From positions 47,913,157 through 47,953,923 of the forward strand of contig JBOZIK010000001.1 of NCBI GenBank assembly GCA_051453625.1: DNA of 40,767 nucleotides. The letters run 5' to 3'. This document shows, piece by piece, positions 13,294 through 26,554 of the stretch. Within the stretch, counting starts at the first letter, position 1; each line of letters starts with the position of its first letter. The translations under genes and the position numbers were made by a program. The notes under the pieces were generated by a model. That model did no database searches. It was given only the letters and a program-made list of their open reading frames with translations, and had not been told where the DNA came from. Source of the stretch: Welwitschia mirabilis. Lineage: Eukaryota.

Positions 13294-15941
13294 TTTTTTT
13301 TTTTTTTTTTTTGGCAAATGAATCAATTCATTATCAATAAGCATATTAAGTGAAAAGTCATGAGGAAAAAGCAAGGCCACAAGGAGAGGAGCCTTAAGCC
13401 AGGTTACTTCCTCTTTGGTCAGCAGATTAAAGGAGGTCCTGCATAGCAGATGGGGACGAGGAATTAGGTCAAGGCTACTGTCCTAAGAGGGCGCTTTGTC
13501 CAGACTCAAACGAAAACTATCTGAGCATGCCTACAAAGTTTGAACTCTGCTGGGATCCTGATGTTATCAAGGGCTCTAACAGTGGATCTACGTTGGACTT
13601 AGAATGTCAAGCGACCAGCCCCCAAATAGAAACCGCGAGGCCTCTGGGCTCCTGCAGGGCTAGGCAAATAAGGAAGAGGACAGCGCTGGAAGCATGGAAT
13701 AAGAACAGGACATGTGATCAATCCCCTGAGAAACAGCAGCCCAAAGTAGACAGAGAACCCAGTTCTTGAGGGATCATCCTGTAGATGATCTTGTAAGGGA
13801 GTACAGTTTTTCTCCAGGTCTGCAAGGATATCCCTTAGAGAACCGCTTATCATTATCATCAATAGAGAATTTTGATGATTAGGCCTAAGACTATCTGAAT
13901 TTAGGAAATATGCAGACCTGATTACACCATTCTCTATTTGCTGATGTGTCTTTGATTATACCGATCCCTACAAGCTGAATCTGAAGGTTGAACTTGATCT
14001 ATTGGAAATAGGTCTATACACTATACACTTGGTTGGATGTTTCTGAGGGTTGAATCATTTCTCTGCAACTACATGCTATGAACTGTTGAAGTAAAGGCTG
14101 TCCTTGTCATGCATTTTCTACCTGTTCTTTCTTTGAGGTCTTTCTCCACCCATCACTTTACCTCTGACCATAGAAAAGATAGTGAGAACAGAATGAGTTT
14201 TAGAGTCTTGCTCCATACCTCTTTGAAGAAAGCACAAGAGAAAAAAAGATGCTCTCTTATTTCATTTGTAGATCTGCAAAGAGTGCAGGTAAGGTTTGTA
14301 TTGAGGCCCAGCTTATGCAAGTTGTCTTTGATCACCAAGCAATTGAGTAGCATAAGCTAGGTTATAAAAGAGTGCATGGGCTAGTTGAATTTTCTGCATA
14401 AGGAATGGCACCAGATTTGCTTGAGCTAAGAGGGACAAAGGATCTTATATGTTGCTTTATCTTAGAATGTAGGGGAGGGGCCTTGTCATTGTAGACGTAA
14501 GCCTAGAGTTATACACAATTTAGGACGATTTCTCTAAGCTTAAGAATTTTTTTGAAGGCCCAAGAGAATGATAGTTTGATGGTGATAAACCAAAATTCCG
14601 TGTTTCTCACGTATACTACATGAACCCATCTGATCCACAGAGAATCCTCCTTGTTAGCAAATACCCACAGATTTTTTGTGATGGTTGTTTTGTTGTATAG
14701 GCACATATNNNNNNNNNNCCACCTTATAGCTTTGAAGTGCAAACTTTATGCCATGCCACCAAGGCTCTTCTTGCTTTATCCTTGCCTGTCCAAAGGAAGG
14801 ACCTGTACAAAGACTCAATGGTTTTAATTACTTTTTTTGGGAGGAAAAACATATGACACCAGTACTGCTGAAGGCTCTAAAGAGTTAATCTAAAAAGTTC
14901 CAATCCACCTCCATAAGAGAGAAACTTATTTGTCTAGTAATGAATTCTGGAGGTAATGCTTTCAATCAATGGGAGATAATTATCAATAGACAAAGATCTA
15001 ACAGTGAGAGGGACCCCTAGGTATTTGATAGACAGACAACCTTTCCCAAATTGGATCTTCTGAAGAATGGCTTGCTTTTTTGAATGACTCACTCCTGCAA
15101 GGAAAATCTGTGATTTGTCTAAGTTGGCTTTGAGGCTTGATTCTTGAGTAAACCGAGATAAGGTATGCTTAAGGATCCGGATTGAGGATATGTATTCCTT
15201 GTAAAAAAGAAAGAGGTCATCTGCAAACAATAAGTGAGAGAGATCAGAATCCTTGCATTTTGGGTGATACCTGAAAGGGCCTTCAAAGATTTGGATAGTT
15301 AGGAGCCTCTCAAAGTATTCCATTACCAGGATAAACAAGTAGGACGGCATAGGGTCACCCTGTCTAATGCCTTTTTTGCCTTCAATATAACCATGAATCT
15401 CACCATTTATAACGATGGAGAAATTAACTATTCGCACACAGGCCATCACCCAGTGAACAAATCTGTGAGGAAAACCCAAATAATGAAGCAACTGATCTAA
15501 GAAGGCCCACTCAAGAGAGTCACATGCTTTTTATAAGTCCACTTTGATTGTGCATCTTGAGCTAATTTGCCTTCTATTATAGTTTTGCACTAATTCTTGG
15601 GCTAGAAGTATGTTATGCACTATGCTTCTTCCTTTTATGAATGCCCCCTATTGCTAGCCAATTAAGAAGGGCATGATTTGCTTAAGACTTACAGTTAAAA
15701 TTATCAAAATACATTTGTATATTACATTATAGCATGCAATGGATCTGGAGTCTGGTACAAACTGGAGATTCTTCTTTTTTGGAACTAAGACTAAGGTTAT
15801 GTGATTTATAGCCTTTAGTAAATGATCAGTTTTAAAGAAATCCTTTATTGGTCTCTTTACCTTTGGCCCTACCATGGCCCAAGCTTTTTTGAAAAAGGCA
15901 ACGGTGAACCATCTGGTCCTAGGGCTTTCTCATCTAGAATT
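13294..15941 (-). mobile_element. 5'-truncated plant L1-clade LINE (ORF2 RT, zf-RVT, long 3' region, poly(A) tail)
   Basis: RT motifs GIRQGDP, HLLFADDLFLF and KYLGVPL (14934-15491). KALGPDG near 15915 and LVLVPKK..SIACYNVIYK (15654-15875). zf-RVT CTLC..EIREHLFFSC (14153-14353). T19 at 13294-13312 is the poly(A) tail on the minus strand. Confidence 0.93.
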
Positions 15942-16519
15942 ACTTAAACTTCATTACATCTTGAATAGATAAGCAATGCATATAACCTTATTGTTCTCTT
16001 AATAAAGAATTTAATTTTGATGTTTCTCCTAGTTTAATGATAAGGATTGTAAGGAGGATTTTAATTGATAAACAATCTTGAATTTAATAGAGTAGCATTG
16101 TATTCATGCTGCATGTTTAATAAAGTTTTCATCTCTTACACCATTATTATAGCAACCTAGTTGCTTAGTCTAATATATGATATGCATTTATATGATTGCA
16201 TATTATCATGTTAAATCTTTCCTTATATGTAGCCATGTATTCTCATTATTTTATGAAGTTTCTTCATATGCATGTTTCCTATTCATTTTATGAAGTTTTA
16301 ATAGTTGTAATGCATGGGGATAAGTTAAATGCATGTATCTTACTTTTGACTCAAAAATTAGAAGAAGCATTTTATGTGTTTAACCCTAAGAAATTGGTGG
16401 TTATGAGAACTTTATTTTATATATTTCATTTAACATGAGCCTTTTTTTCTTTGTTTTTTAATTTTTTTAACTTCCTCTTCTTTATGCATTAGAAGCATGA
16501 GTCTTTTAACTTTATGTTT

Positions 16520-16790
16520 ACATAAGAATATATGTGTCCCCCATTTGGTATTGATAATGACTAATGTGGTATCTTTTATATTTAATGTAAAGCTTAAGGA
16601 GTGAGTTATAAAATGTTTTATGATGTTATTCATATTGGAAAATCCGTCTAATAATGGAAATCTTAAGGTACCATAGTGGCTATAAGAAAATTTCATGTAA
16701 CCATTTCATTAGAAAAGAAAAAGCATTCCCAATAGTAATGGAGGGGAAGCCACCATCGTAACTTACTATAGTAGAAACTCTTATTATTAT
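16520..16790 (+). pseudogene. Possible highly decayed CACTA/En-Spm transposase remnant
   Basis: Manual translation near 16675-16780 reads SGYKKISCNHFIRKEKAFPIVMEGKPPS*LTIVE. This resembles the CACTA TnpD segment GHRRFLPxNHPxR...F...E...PPxxLTGxE, and a CP-containing motif lies upstream near 16535. No termini found. Confidence 0.3.
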
Positions 16791-17328
16791 TTCATTCATT
16801 CCCATGTTAAGATATTAGCATCTAGTTATGTTTTTGCTTCATAACTATCAGTAGGTAACCAAGCTTTCCTTTAGTGTTCATGTTGTTTTACTTCATTGTA
16901 TGAGATGTTTCAGTAGGTTGCATGGTTTTAAAGATAGCAAAAATTTGTTAGTATCATTCTCTATTTTTTTAAATGAAGCAACATTTCGTGAGATTCATGA
17001 TTATTTCATTCATTTTTTACACTTTGTCTTAGTTCAATCTTCTTCCCTTCATGTCAAGGGTTCCTATGCATAGCACTATGCCATTATGCAAGGTTTTATT
17101 CAATATATTATTTCACATGAACTTGCAAGATTAATCAATTAAGAAAATTTTGATGACATTATCATACTCAGGGTCCTTAATTCCCTAGTTTTGTGTTGTT
17201 AATTCCTAAGCTCTTAGCATGGAAGTGAAGAACCTCTTTCTTATCTTATATTTCCAACATGTTCATAAATTTGTTTTGTATTTAATGAATGTTTTTTTTC
17301 TATTTATAGTGTCTTAAGGTTTGGTTAC

Positions 17329-18541
17329 TATTGTGGTGCATAATTTCACAACTTTCTATCCTTCATCGAATCTTGTTAATCACNNNNNNNNNNTATATAT
17401 ATATATTGCAAAATACAACACACTAGTATGAATGGAAGTGATTCAAATGTCATAAATCCATTGAAGGCATGTGAGAGAAGAAGGAGAATTAATTTTCAAG
17501 GAAAATATTGCATCCTAAACTTAAGAATAATGTAAGAGAGTAAACATGCAATGCAATGTAAATTTACTTAATCTAGATAAACAGCTATCCAATTATCAAA
17601 TCGACTTATCAAGAATATTGACTTGTATAACCTAAATCAACCAAGAAGACTGTCATTAACTAAGGAAACTTAAGTTATCAAGTAAGTCGAATAAAGTGTA
17701 ATGCTAACAAAGGTTATCCTTAAGACTTTTATCATTAATGAGATTGTCACCGAATCAAGAATAACATAAACCATAAGGGATATTAAAAGTATAAATGCAC
17801 AAAAGAAACAAAGTTTGTATTATGAATCAAACTATATTTGGGTTACAAAACAACTGCACCTCAATGAAGGATGCATAACCCTTTAGCAAGGAAATGTCTT
17901 TTTGCAACTACATAAGATAGATCTTCCACCCTTTGATCACCTGTCACAAGAATTTCTAGTACATCGAAGATGATAGAAGAATCAAGGGGTATATAGTAAA
18001 GAAGACAAAACCGTCACTCAAAGCGCACTGAAAAATGCACTCAAATCAGAGAAAGAAACAGATGAAATGGATGAAAGTCAGCTAATCATTTCAGTTGTTA
18101 TCCTGATTGTCTTGGGGACGACCTAGAATATGATGATGCATGAATCATCAGTTGTTGTTCTGCATGTCGTAAGGATGATCATGGAGATGACACCTCTTGA
18201 GAAAAGACAACTTCACTGGTTCCAGCTCTAGCCTATGTCGGCATTCCCATACAGCTTGTGCAGGGTTGTTGTTCTATCTATCATGGGGATGATAGTGGCG
18301 ACAATAGTCCTTCTTATCTTTCCAATTAAAGAGAAGTTAGCTTCTTGCATTATTGATCTTCCTCTAAAGCATTGAGCATTAGAATGTGTCTGAAATCCCT
18401 TCAAACATGCCAAGAATTTCCTATTCTAGTGATCATGTAGCAACTCTCCAGAATCATCAGAATTGCATCTAAACCTATATAAATGTCCTACAAAATAGCT
18501 CATAACACCCCATAAAATACATCTAATTTGGTAATGCATCA
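17329..18541 (-). repeat. 3' LTR (LTR-A, ~1.2 kb)
   Basis: Colinear with 26555-27771 and 29348-30592. The plus strand starts TATTG (degenerate TGTTG) and ends GCATCA, immediately next to the PPT. Confidence 0.9.
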
Positions 18542-18575
18542 TATCCCCCTACTTAGTCTTGTCAGTACCTGACAA
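18542..18575 (-). promoter_or_regulatory. Polypurine tract with an adjacent 7-bp-stem palindrome
   Basis: The minus strand reads TTGTCAG-GTA-CTGACAA-GACTAAGTAGGGGGATA and then the LTR start TGATGC. Confidence 0.8.
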
Positions 18576-21500
18576 AACCAGGCGAACAACTATAATAGTA
18601 AGCCAAATTATCTTTAAAAAAATCAATTTGGAAATCATAAAATAGCCTCATAATTAATCTCAAACATATCACATAGCAGTATAAATGCAATGCATCATGT
18701 GTATGGAGTGAAATTTTCAAAAATTATGTCTCATAAAAGCTATAAAATAACCCTATAAATTGGTGTAAAAATTATGAAAATAAGTCCTGCCATTCCCCAA
18801 GAAAAATAATGCATCCCATACTGGCTAATGAAGCAAAGAAATCAAACAAAAATTAGTATGTCTAGGTAAGAACGTGGACAATGAATGTTTTTGAATTTTG
18901 ATATTTGATTAATTGAGTGCAAAGCTAAGTGTAGAAATGTCAAATTTGAAAAATAGAGATTTAGGAAAAGTTTTGACAAATTTGGAAAGAGTAAATAATG
19001 AAATTATGCTAATTAGGGTGAGGCAAATCTATGAGTGCTCAACAAATGTGCCTTTACAAAAATGATTATGAATAGTATTTTAGAACTCCAAAAGGTTGAA
19101 AATAAACATCACAAAATTTGTAATTCAACTCATCTAATCAAGAAATTAATTTCATTGATAACTAAGCAAGGAAAGTGTTGAATGTTAAGGTCCTAAAATG
19201 ATAAGAAAATACAGAAATGACTTTGAAATAACTAACTGAATAGTAAAAGAAAATAAAAAGAATGGACATAAGGAACATAAAGAAGATAACCTACCTACCC
19301 TAAATTTTAACCTAACAGACTCCCATGGAAAAAATCATAACATCACTTAATGTGAAATGCATGATTAAATGTATAAATATGTAAAATTCCATTTGATAAA
19401 GCAGTGGTTATGACGATGCTAAAAATCAAATTCTTTAACTAATAAGTGATAAGATCAAAGAGTTGCTTAAAAATGATCTCATCTACTTACATCTCAAAAC
19501 AAACACCAGAATCCTTACAAATGAAATGATCGTATGGAAAGACTAAGAGTCTAAGAAACAAGCAATGCCTCTGATGATACTAGGAATACCACTACTCCTG
19601 TAGCATCAAATTTTTTGTTATTTTACTATCCATGATGAAGGGATTGCAACTACAATTAAAGAAGTAAGAACCCACAAAGCATGATCAACTAACCTCCCAG
19701 TGAAGTTCTCACAGCTATCATATTACACTACCAAAGGCCCCTCTTGGGAAAATTTGCCCGATGTACTTATAGTAGGACATCATGATTACTATATTTTTAA
19801 GCTATTTCAAATATAAAAAATCATGGTCTTGTTTCTCTCTCTTTTCTTTTTCTTTTTTTTTCCCTCCAAAAAAAAGTTCACATGATCAAACATTTCAAAA
19901 AATGAAGGCAAGGTAATAAGATGAAAGATAGAAACGAACACTCTTAAATAATCTAGGATCTTTCATCATTGAGAAAATCATAAGAAATAAAGTATCTTCC
20001 TTTAAAATTAAGTTCATAGATGTGTGAATGTCTTAGGATTAGGTGAATTCAATCTTATCACTATAAAATATCCAAGTACAAAGACTAGTCATGGAAATAA
20101 AATAAATACATAAGTCATGTTTGAAAGATGATTAAGTGATGTCATAATGGCTTCCAAAGGAATAAGCTAAAAGAAAATTTAGCCAATGGTAGGAAATAAG
20201 TTCTCATCATCGAGGGGAACCTCCAAGGCTAGTGTTTCTATCATATTTAAATCAGAAGATTGCTTGTATATTTTCAGCCTTTGTTCATTAACTTTTTGAA
20301 TTTATTTAGTGGTTAAGTTAGAAATATCAATAGAGCCATTAGAATGTATTTCTCAATAAGGTAAGGACCTAACCATTTTGAGGTTAACTGGTTATGTAGG
20401 AGATATACTTTAGTATTATATAACAGAACTAGTTGATCAGATTCAAAGTTCTTATGGATTAGCTTTTTATCATGTTTGAACTTATTTTAGGCTTTGTGAA
20501 TAAGTTGACAATGAATAGATTAAGTTTGTTTTTCATCTAAATGATCTAATTAAGCTAAAAGATTTTTAAGATTCTCTTCTAAATTCACAAGATTAAGTTA
20601 ATAAATAGAACGATAAGAATTGTAACAAACATCAACAAGTAAAACACAGACTTTACTATATATAAGTTCATAAGGTGAAAAACCAAGTGAGTTATGCCAA
20701 GTTATATGATAAACCTAAAGAACATTATTTAGTTTAAAATCCCATGGTTTCTTATTGGTAGAGATAATTTTTTGAAGCATATTTTTAATTTCTCTATTAG
20801 CATTTCTAGCTTATCCATTGGTTTAAGGATGGTAAGCACAAGCTATTTAATGTTCTATTCCAATGGATAAAAGAATTTTTCTAAAAATATGATTGAAGAA
20901 ATGAGTTTCTTAATCACTAATAATTATTTGAAGGAAAGCCAAAACATTGAAAAATTTAAGTCATAACAAAGTTACAAATGGTTCAGGCATCATTTGAGGA
21001 AATAGGAACTGCCTTTAATTTATTTAGTCATATAAAATATGATCACTAAAATGTAATATTTGTCTTTAGAAGGTGGTTTAACTGGGCCTATGAAATTGAT
21101 TTCCTAATAATTAAAAGATTCACACTCAAGAATAGGATTGAGGAGTATTTCTTATGATCATGAAAGGATGCCAAAACAATGACATGCATTACACCTTCTA
21201 GCATAATTGAAAGAGTTCTAAAAAAAACTAGGCCAATAAAATTTGAAGTGAAGAAATTTCATAGCTATTTTTCAATCACTAAAATATCCATCACAAAAAC
21301 CACCATAACAAAGATGAAGGATATCAGATTTTTCCCATTCTGGTATGCACTTTCTCATAATTTGATCTCTACACCTACGATAAAGATGGGGTGCTATCCA
21401 CTCGTAGTCATCTATCTTATGGAGAAAAGATTTTCTTTGATTGTGACTCTAATTTTGTACTGTTTTTAAAGTAATAATATAATTAATAATATTAGCATAC

Positions 21501-24111
21501 CATAGAGGGGAATGAGTATAAGATATAGTAAATAGTTGTTCATCTAGAAAAGAATCATTAATAGAAAGATCATTTGAAGAAGTAAGATGTGATAAGTGAT
21601 CTGTTACATTGTTGTGTTTTCCTGCCTTATCTATCATGATGAGATTAAATTCTTGCATTAAGAGGATTCATCTAATCAACCTAGCACTAAAATATTTCTT
21701 AGTCATCAAGTATTTTATTACCACATGATCTATGTTGATGTTTGTATAAAAGCCTAAAAGATAATGGCTAAGATTGTTGAAGTAAAAGATTATGACTAAT
21801 ATCTCTCTCTTACTTTGGATAATGTTTTACTATGATAAGACATGACTTTGAAATTATTTTCATATCTCTATCCAAGCACCCCGCCTACAGCAAAATTACT
21901 AACATCACACACTAACTCAAAATATTTTTCCGAATCGGGTCCTGTTACAATAGAAGCATAAGCGAGTTTACGTTTAAGTTTATCGAAAGTAAGTTGACAA
22001 GATTCATTCTAATCAAATTTATCTTCTTTTTCTAATAATGAGTGAAGGGGTTTATATATTTTAGTATAATCTCATATGAAGTGGCAGTAAAAACCACAAC
22101 GTTTAGGAAAAGATCAAACTTGTTTTATATTGATTGAGGGAGTTAGGTTTTGAATGATATCAGCATTTTTATGGTTCATCTTAATTCCATTTTTAGAAAT
22201 GTGGTGACCTAGAACTATTTCATTATCAACTAAAAATAGCTCTTTTAACAACTTAAATGAAGGTCATACTCTATGCATCTATCAAGGATGTTTTCTAATC
22301 TTTCTAAGATTTGATCAAATGTTTCTCTAATGATTGAAAAGTCATTCATAAAGATTTCTATCAAGTCTTTTAACATATCTTAAAAAATACCCATCATAGC
22401 ATGTTAAAAATTTTCAAGAACATTACATAATCTAAAAGGCCTTTGTCTAAAAGCAAACATCCCAAAAGGCAAAGTAAAAGTTGTTTTAACCTGGTCTTCG
22501 CTAGCTATGCGAACTTGATTATAACCGCTATATCCATGTAAAAAGTAATAAAAAGCATGTCCCTAAATTCTATTGATTATCTAGTCGAGAAATGGTAGTG
22601 GACATTGATCCTTTTTTGTGACTTCATTTAGTTTTTTAAAATCTAAGCATACTCTTCGTTTCCCATCTTTTTCGGTACTACAATTAAGGGACTAACCCAT
22701 TCACTATCTGATATAGCGTAGATGAATTTAGCATCCATTAGTTTAATAGTTTATCTTTAACTACTTGTTTTAGTACTAGATTTAATCTTTTTTGCGGTTT
22801 TCTAACAGGTTTTATATTTTCCTCAAGATAGATTTTATACTGAATAATAGAGGGAGAAATAACAAATAAATCTTTATGAGATCAAGAGAAGGAATTAATG
22901 TTGGAAGTCAAAAGGAAGATTAAGGTTAACTCTTATTTAGGAAAGAGATTTTTGTTGATTATTAGAGGTTTGTTCCAATCATTACAGATAAAAATATACT
23001 TTAGTCCACTAGGGAGATTTTTCATATTTAGGTTTAAATTAAGATTTTCAATTTTTGACTCATGTAGTGGATGATCTCCCTTAAAGTGTGAGTTTTTAGT
23101 TATTGTTAACAGTTGGACTTCCTTGCAGACTAAGGGATATATTTCTTCTTTATTCTAATCTAAAAGATCATTTTCTAAATGCTCAAAATTAGCCATATCA
23201 AAAGCTTTTAAGTTTTAATTTCAAGTGGATCATCATAAGGTGTAGGTTTGTGTAACATTAGTTATCTTTCTTTAAGCAGACGATGTTGTAGGAATAAGGT
23301 TGGTTTAATTTTATTTTCTACATTCGATTCCTCATCTAGGTCCTTCTGAGCTACATTAAAAACTCTAATTGAAAACTTTTTATTTTCTAGATGACACTCT
23401 AACATCCCAGTTCTTGTATTGATAATGAAATGGGCTATTGCACAGAAGTCTCTTCCTAAAAGCAATGGGTAACTTTTGTTATGTTTAACCTCTATTACAA
23501 CCACATCTATTAGTTAGAATGCCTCTTCAATTTGAATTATTAAATCTTTGATTACTCCTAAAGCTTTCTTGACTAATGTATCTGTTAATTTCAAGATAAT
23601 CGGAGTAGAATCTATTCTACCTTCTAAACTGATTAACTTACAAATGTGTAATGACATGATGTTAACACTTATTCTAATGTCAATTAAAGCCTTTTTTATT
23701 CTTTTGTTTTCCTCTAATGTAACACTAATTGTTGCTGCCCCTGAATCCTTAAATTTTGGAGATTTTTGTAACACTAATTTTGTGAGAGATTGAGCTAAAA
23801 AGACCTTGCTAGGAATAATTCATTTTTGTTTTCTTCTTATTAAGTCTTTTCATAGCTTCGAGTACTTTGGATTTTCTTACGAAAATTCCTAAAATAGTAA
23901 GTTTATAATCACATTTTGCATTAAGGTTTTGAGATGTTCAACAAAAGTTGGATTAGTGTTAAGCCTATCAAGCCAAGGAGTAGGTAGTTTCTTTTTTGTT
24001 TGTTGTAAAGAATTTTTCATTTTACTCTTGCCATGAGAGGGGTAATTGTGATTTTCTAATATTTCGATGTCCTCTTCCTCCTTATCATCTCTAATGTTAT
24101 TTTGGAAGGTG

Positions 24112-24516
24112 GTGGAGAAGGAGATAGTTCATATTGTTAAAGTTAGAATAGAAGATAATTTTGCTGATTTTCTCATAAAGGTAATAAATGGTTGCAAGCA
24201 TTACACCTGCATGAAAGGTATTGAACTTTAGGGTTGCTTATTTGGAGGCATTGGAAAGTATTGCATCTCTTGAGTTTCATAAAGAGCTAATCTTGAAGGC
24301 ATGGGAAATTTGTCTTTAAGTGGGAGAGTATTGATATGTGAAGTCAAATATATTATTTATGTTGAAGTGTTATGTTTTAACATTGATCCCTATTTAAAGT
24401 TGTAAAAGGGGATTGGCTTGTAACCCTAACCCTAAATCTATATAAACTTGTTAGAGGGTTTTTTATTGTATTTGGAATACATTTCCTCCTAATTAATCAA
24501 TAGAGCTCTGCATCGC
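24112..24516 (+). mobile_element. Ty1/copia 3' fragment (RNase H C-terminus, PPT, start of 3' LTR) inserted antisense in gypsy gag
   Basis: 24112-24231 translates to VEKEIVHIVKVRIEDNFADFLIKVINGCKHYTCMKGIEL*, which fits the copia N-x-AD-x-LTK motif. AAGTGGGAGAG PPT at 24318-24328 is followed by TATTG and later CTATATAAA. The segment is absent from the homologous gag at 4070-4120. Confidence 0.82.
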
Positions 24517-26533
24517 TTTATTTCCACTTTGTGTTACAGCCTTACAATCTTTTCTTACTTTATTGAGATTCAGTAGAGGTTGTGTCGCTAATGATCCCTA
24601 TGGTCTTTGTTTTGCTAACATGATTTGTTAAAGGACATTTAATAAATTCTCAATATGGGAGTTTGTCTTTTCTTGTGATTTTCTAAGTTTATCTATAGAA
24701 TTTCTAAGTGGATCATTTTGATGTTGAAAGTTTGATAAACTTGGTTAAAAGTTTGAATTTTTAAATCAATTTTTGAAAGGTTGAAAATTGGTTTGAAAAT
24801 TTTTGAGTTTCTTGTCAAAGGTTTGAAAATTAGATTGTGTATGCATCCTGGGTTGTGACTGGTTCTGGTTTCAATTTTTTGGTTTTGAAAGTTTGAAAAT
24901 TTTTTATTGAAAGTATAAACGTCTTTATATGTTTTCTCCTTGTAGGTTGGCAATAGTGGACAATCCTTATTTATGTGATAGTTGTCCTCGTATAAATCAT
25001 ATGTTGGCATAACACTCTTTTCAGTTGCTGATTTTGCATCTAAAATCATCTTAGTATATCTCTCCAAAGTTATTGTGAAGTCTTTAATTAAATTTATAGG
25101 GTTGTCTTCTATTTTAACTACCTCCTTTTCTTGTTTAACATCCTTCAAATCTTTGATGATTTTTCCTACAGTGCAGTTATCTCTTGATGTTGGCCAAATT
25201 TGGATCACCTCTACAAGTTCTTCTAATGTTTTTCTAGGCATTTTTTAATGTGAAGTTTACTAGGTTTTCAGCATAAGAGAAATCTATGAGTTGTATCATT
25301 TGACTATTTAGTACACTATAAAAGTAATCAATTATCTCTTCTTATGTGAAAGCATTTATTGGATTAGAATGAATTGCTATAAAGACGTGTTTATATGTGG
25401 AAGCATAATCCTCATTTGGTTGTTGTTGAAAATTAGCAACTTCCCTTTTTCTCTTTCTAATGATTTCTTCACTTATAAATCTCTTAATAAAAGCTTTCTA
25501 TACTTGATTTTAAGTCTTTAAACTCTTTTGGGATATAGTTCTTAATCAAAGTTTTGCTTTTTCTTTTAACATAATCAGAAAATTAACCATATATAAATAA
25601 TCACTAATTTTTTTCTTTCCATTTTCAGAGGTAAGAAATAACTGTCTAATGTTCGTAATGTGTTGGAGGGATCCTCATCGTGTTAGCCACTAAAGATGGG
25701 ATAGGCATTTAAATTTTTTAATTCAACATCATCTCCTAGGGGTAAATTAAAAGGAGTTTGTATTTTATACTTTTTATTAGCAATTAGTTCCCTAAGAGTA
25801 AGATTTGCATTAGGATAAGGGGTTGAAGACTCTATAACTTATTTTTGTTTTTGTGAAGCATTTATCATCTTAAAACTATCTTTTATGAAATTACTTTCTA
25901 AAAAATTTTATTTCACAAAATGAGATTTTAAAAAGATAAACTCAGAAGGAATATTATACACACCTAGGAATTGTGTATTAGATTCTATTTCAAAGTCGAC
26001 CAATTATTGTTTGATATTTTCTTCTATTAACAACTTTTCTCTTTGTTATGTATTTTCCATTTTAACCATATTATTACATCCTTTAGATGAAAGATAAAAA
26101 AATAAAATAAAAAATACTAATAGTCATCCATCTAATTATGGGGATGACACAAGTGATGATGATTATTGCTGGACTTAAAAATTTCTATAAGTAGGAAGCA
26201 GTAAACAGAAAATAAAAATAGAAGCTATCGTTTACCTTGTTATGGGGACAATAAAGAAGACAATATTTATTTTATTATTGCTACAGAAATAGAAAATAAA
26301 ATTTATAAACATAAAATAAAATAGAAAATTTATGTTATTGTTCCCAGTGTTGTATAAACGACAGAGAGGATGATAGACTATTATGATAAATGGAGAAAAA
26401 CTCAAAATTGCAAAAAAAAAAAAAAAGAAATCTACAATTCCTAAATAGAAATACAATATCACTACAAATAAATATTTGAACTAAAAACCAATTTACTCAT
26501 CTAAAATACAATCCTTGTGCTTCTTAGCAGCAT

Positions 26534-26551
26534 TCCTTGGAAATAATGCCA
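26534..26551 (-). promoter_or_regulatory. Degenerate primer-binding site (tRNA-Asp type)
   Basis: Minus strand TGGCATTATTTCCAAGGA matches TGGCGCCGTTGCCGGGGA at 11/18 positions and lies 3 nt from the LTR end. Confidence 0.75.
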
Positions 26552-26554
26552 AGA

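Noticed and set aside
13270..15975. Target-site duplication for the L1
   Set aside because: The flanks (GTGTCTTTGGAAGAGA and TACTTAAACTTCATTACATCTTGAATAGA) do not match convincingly.
24421..24436. Telomere-like AACCCTAACCCTAAA (also AAACCCTAAA near 63)
   Set aside because: Only one or two units, which is common in plant LTRs and not an interstitial telomeric array.
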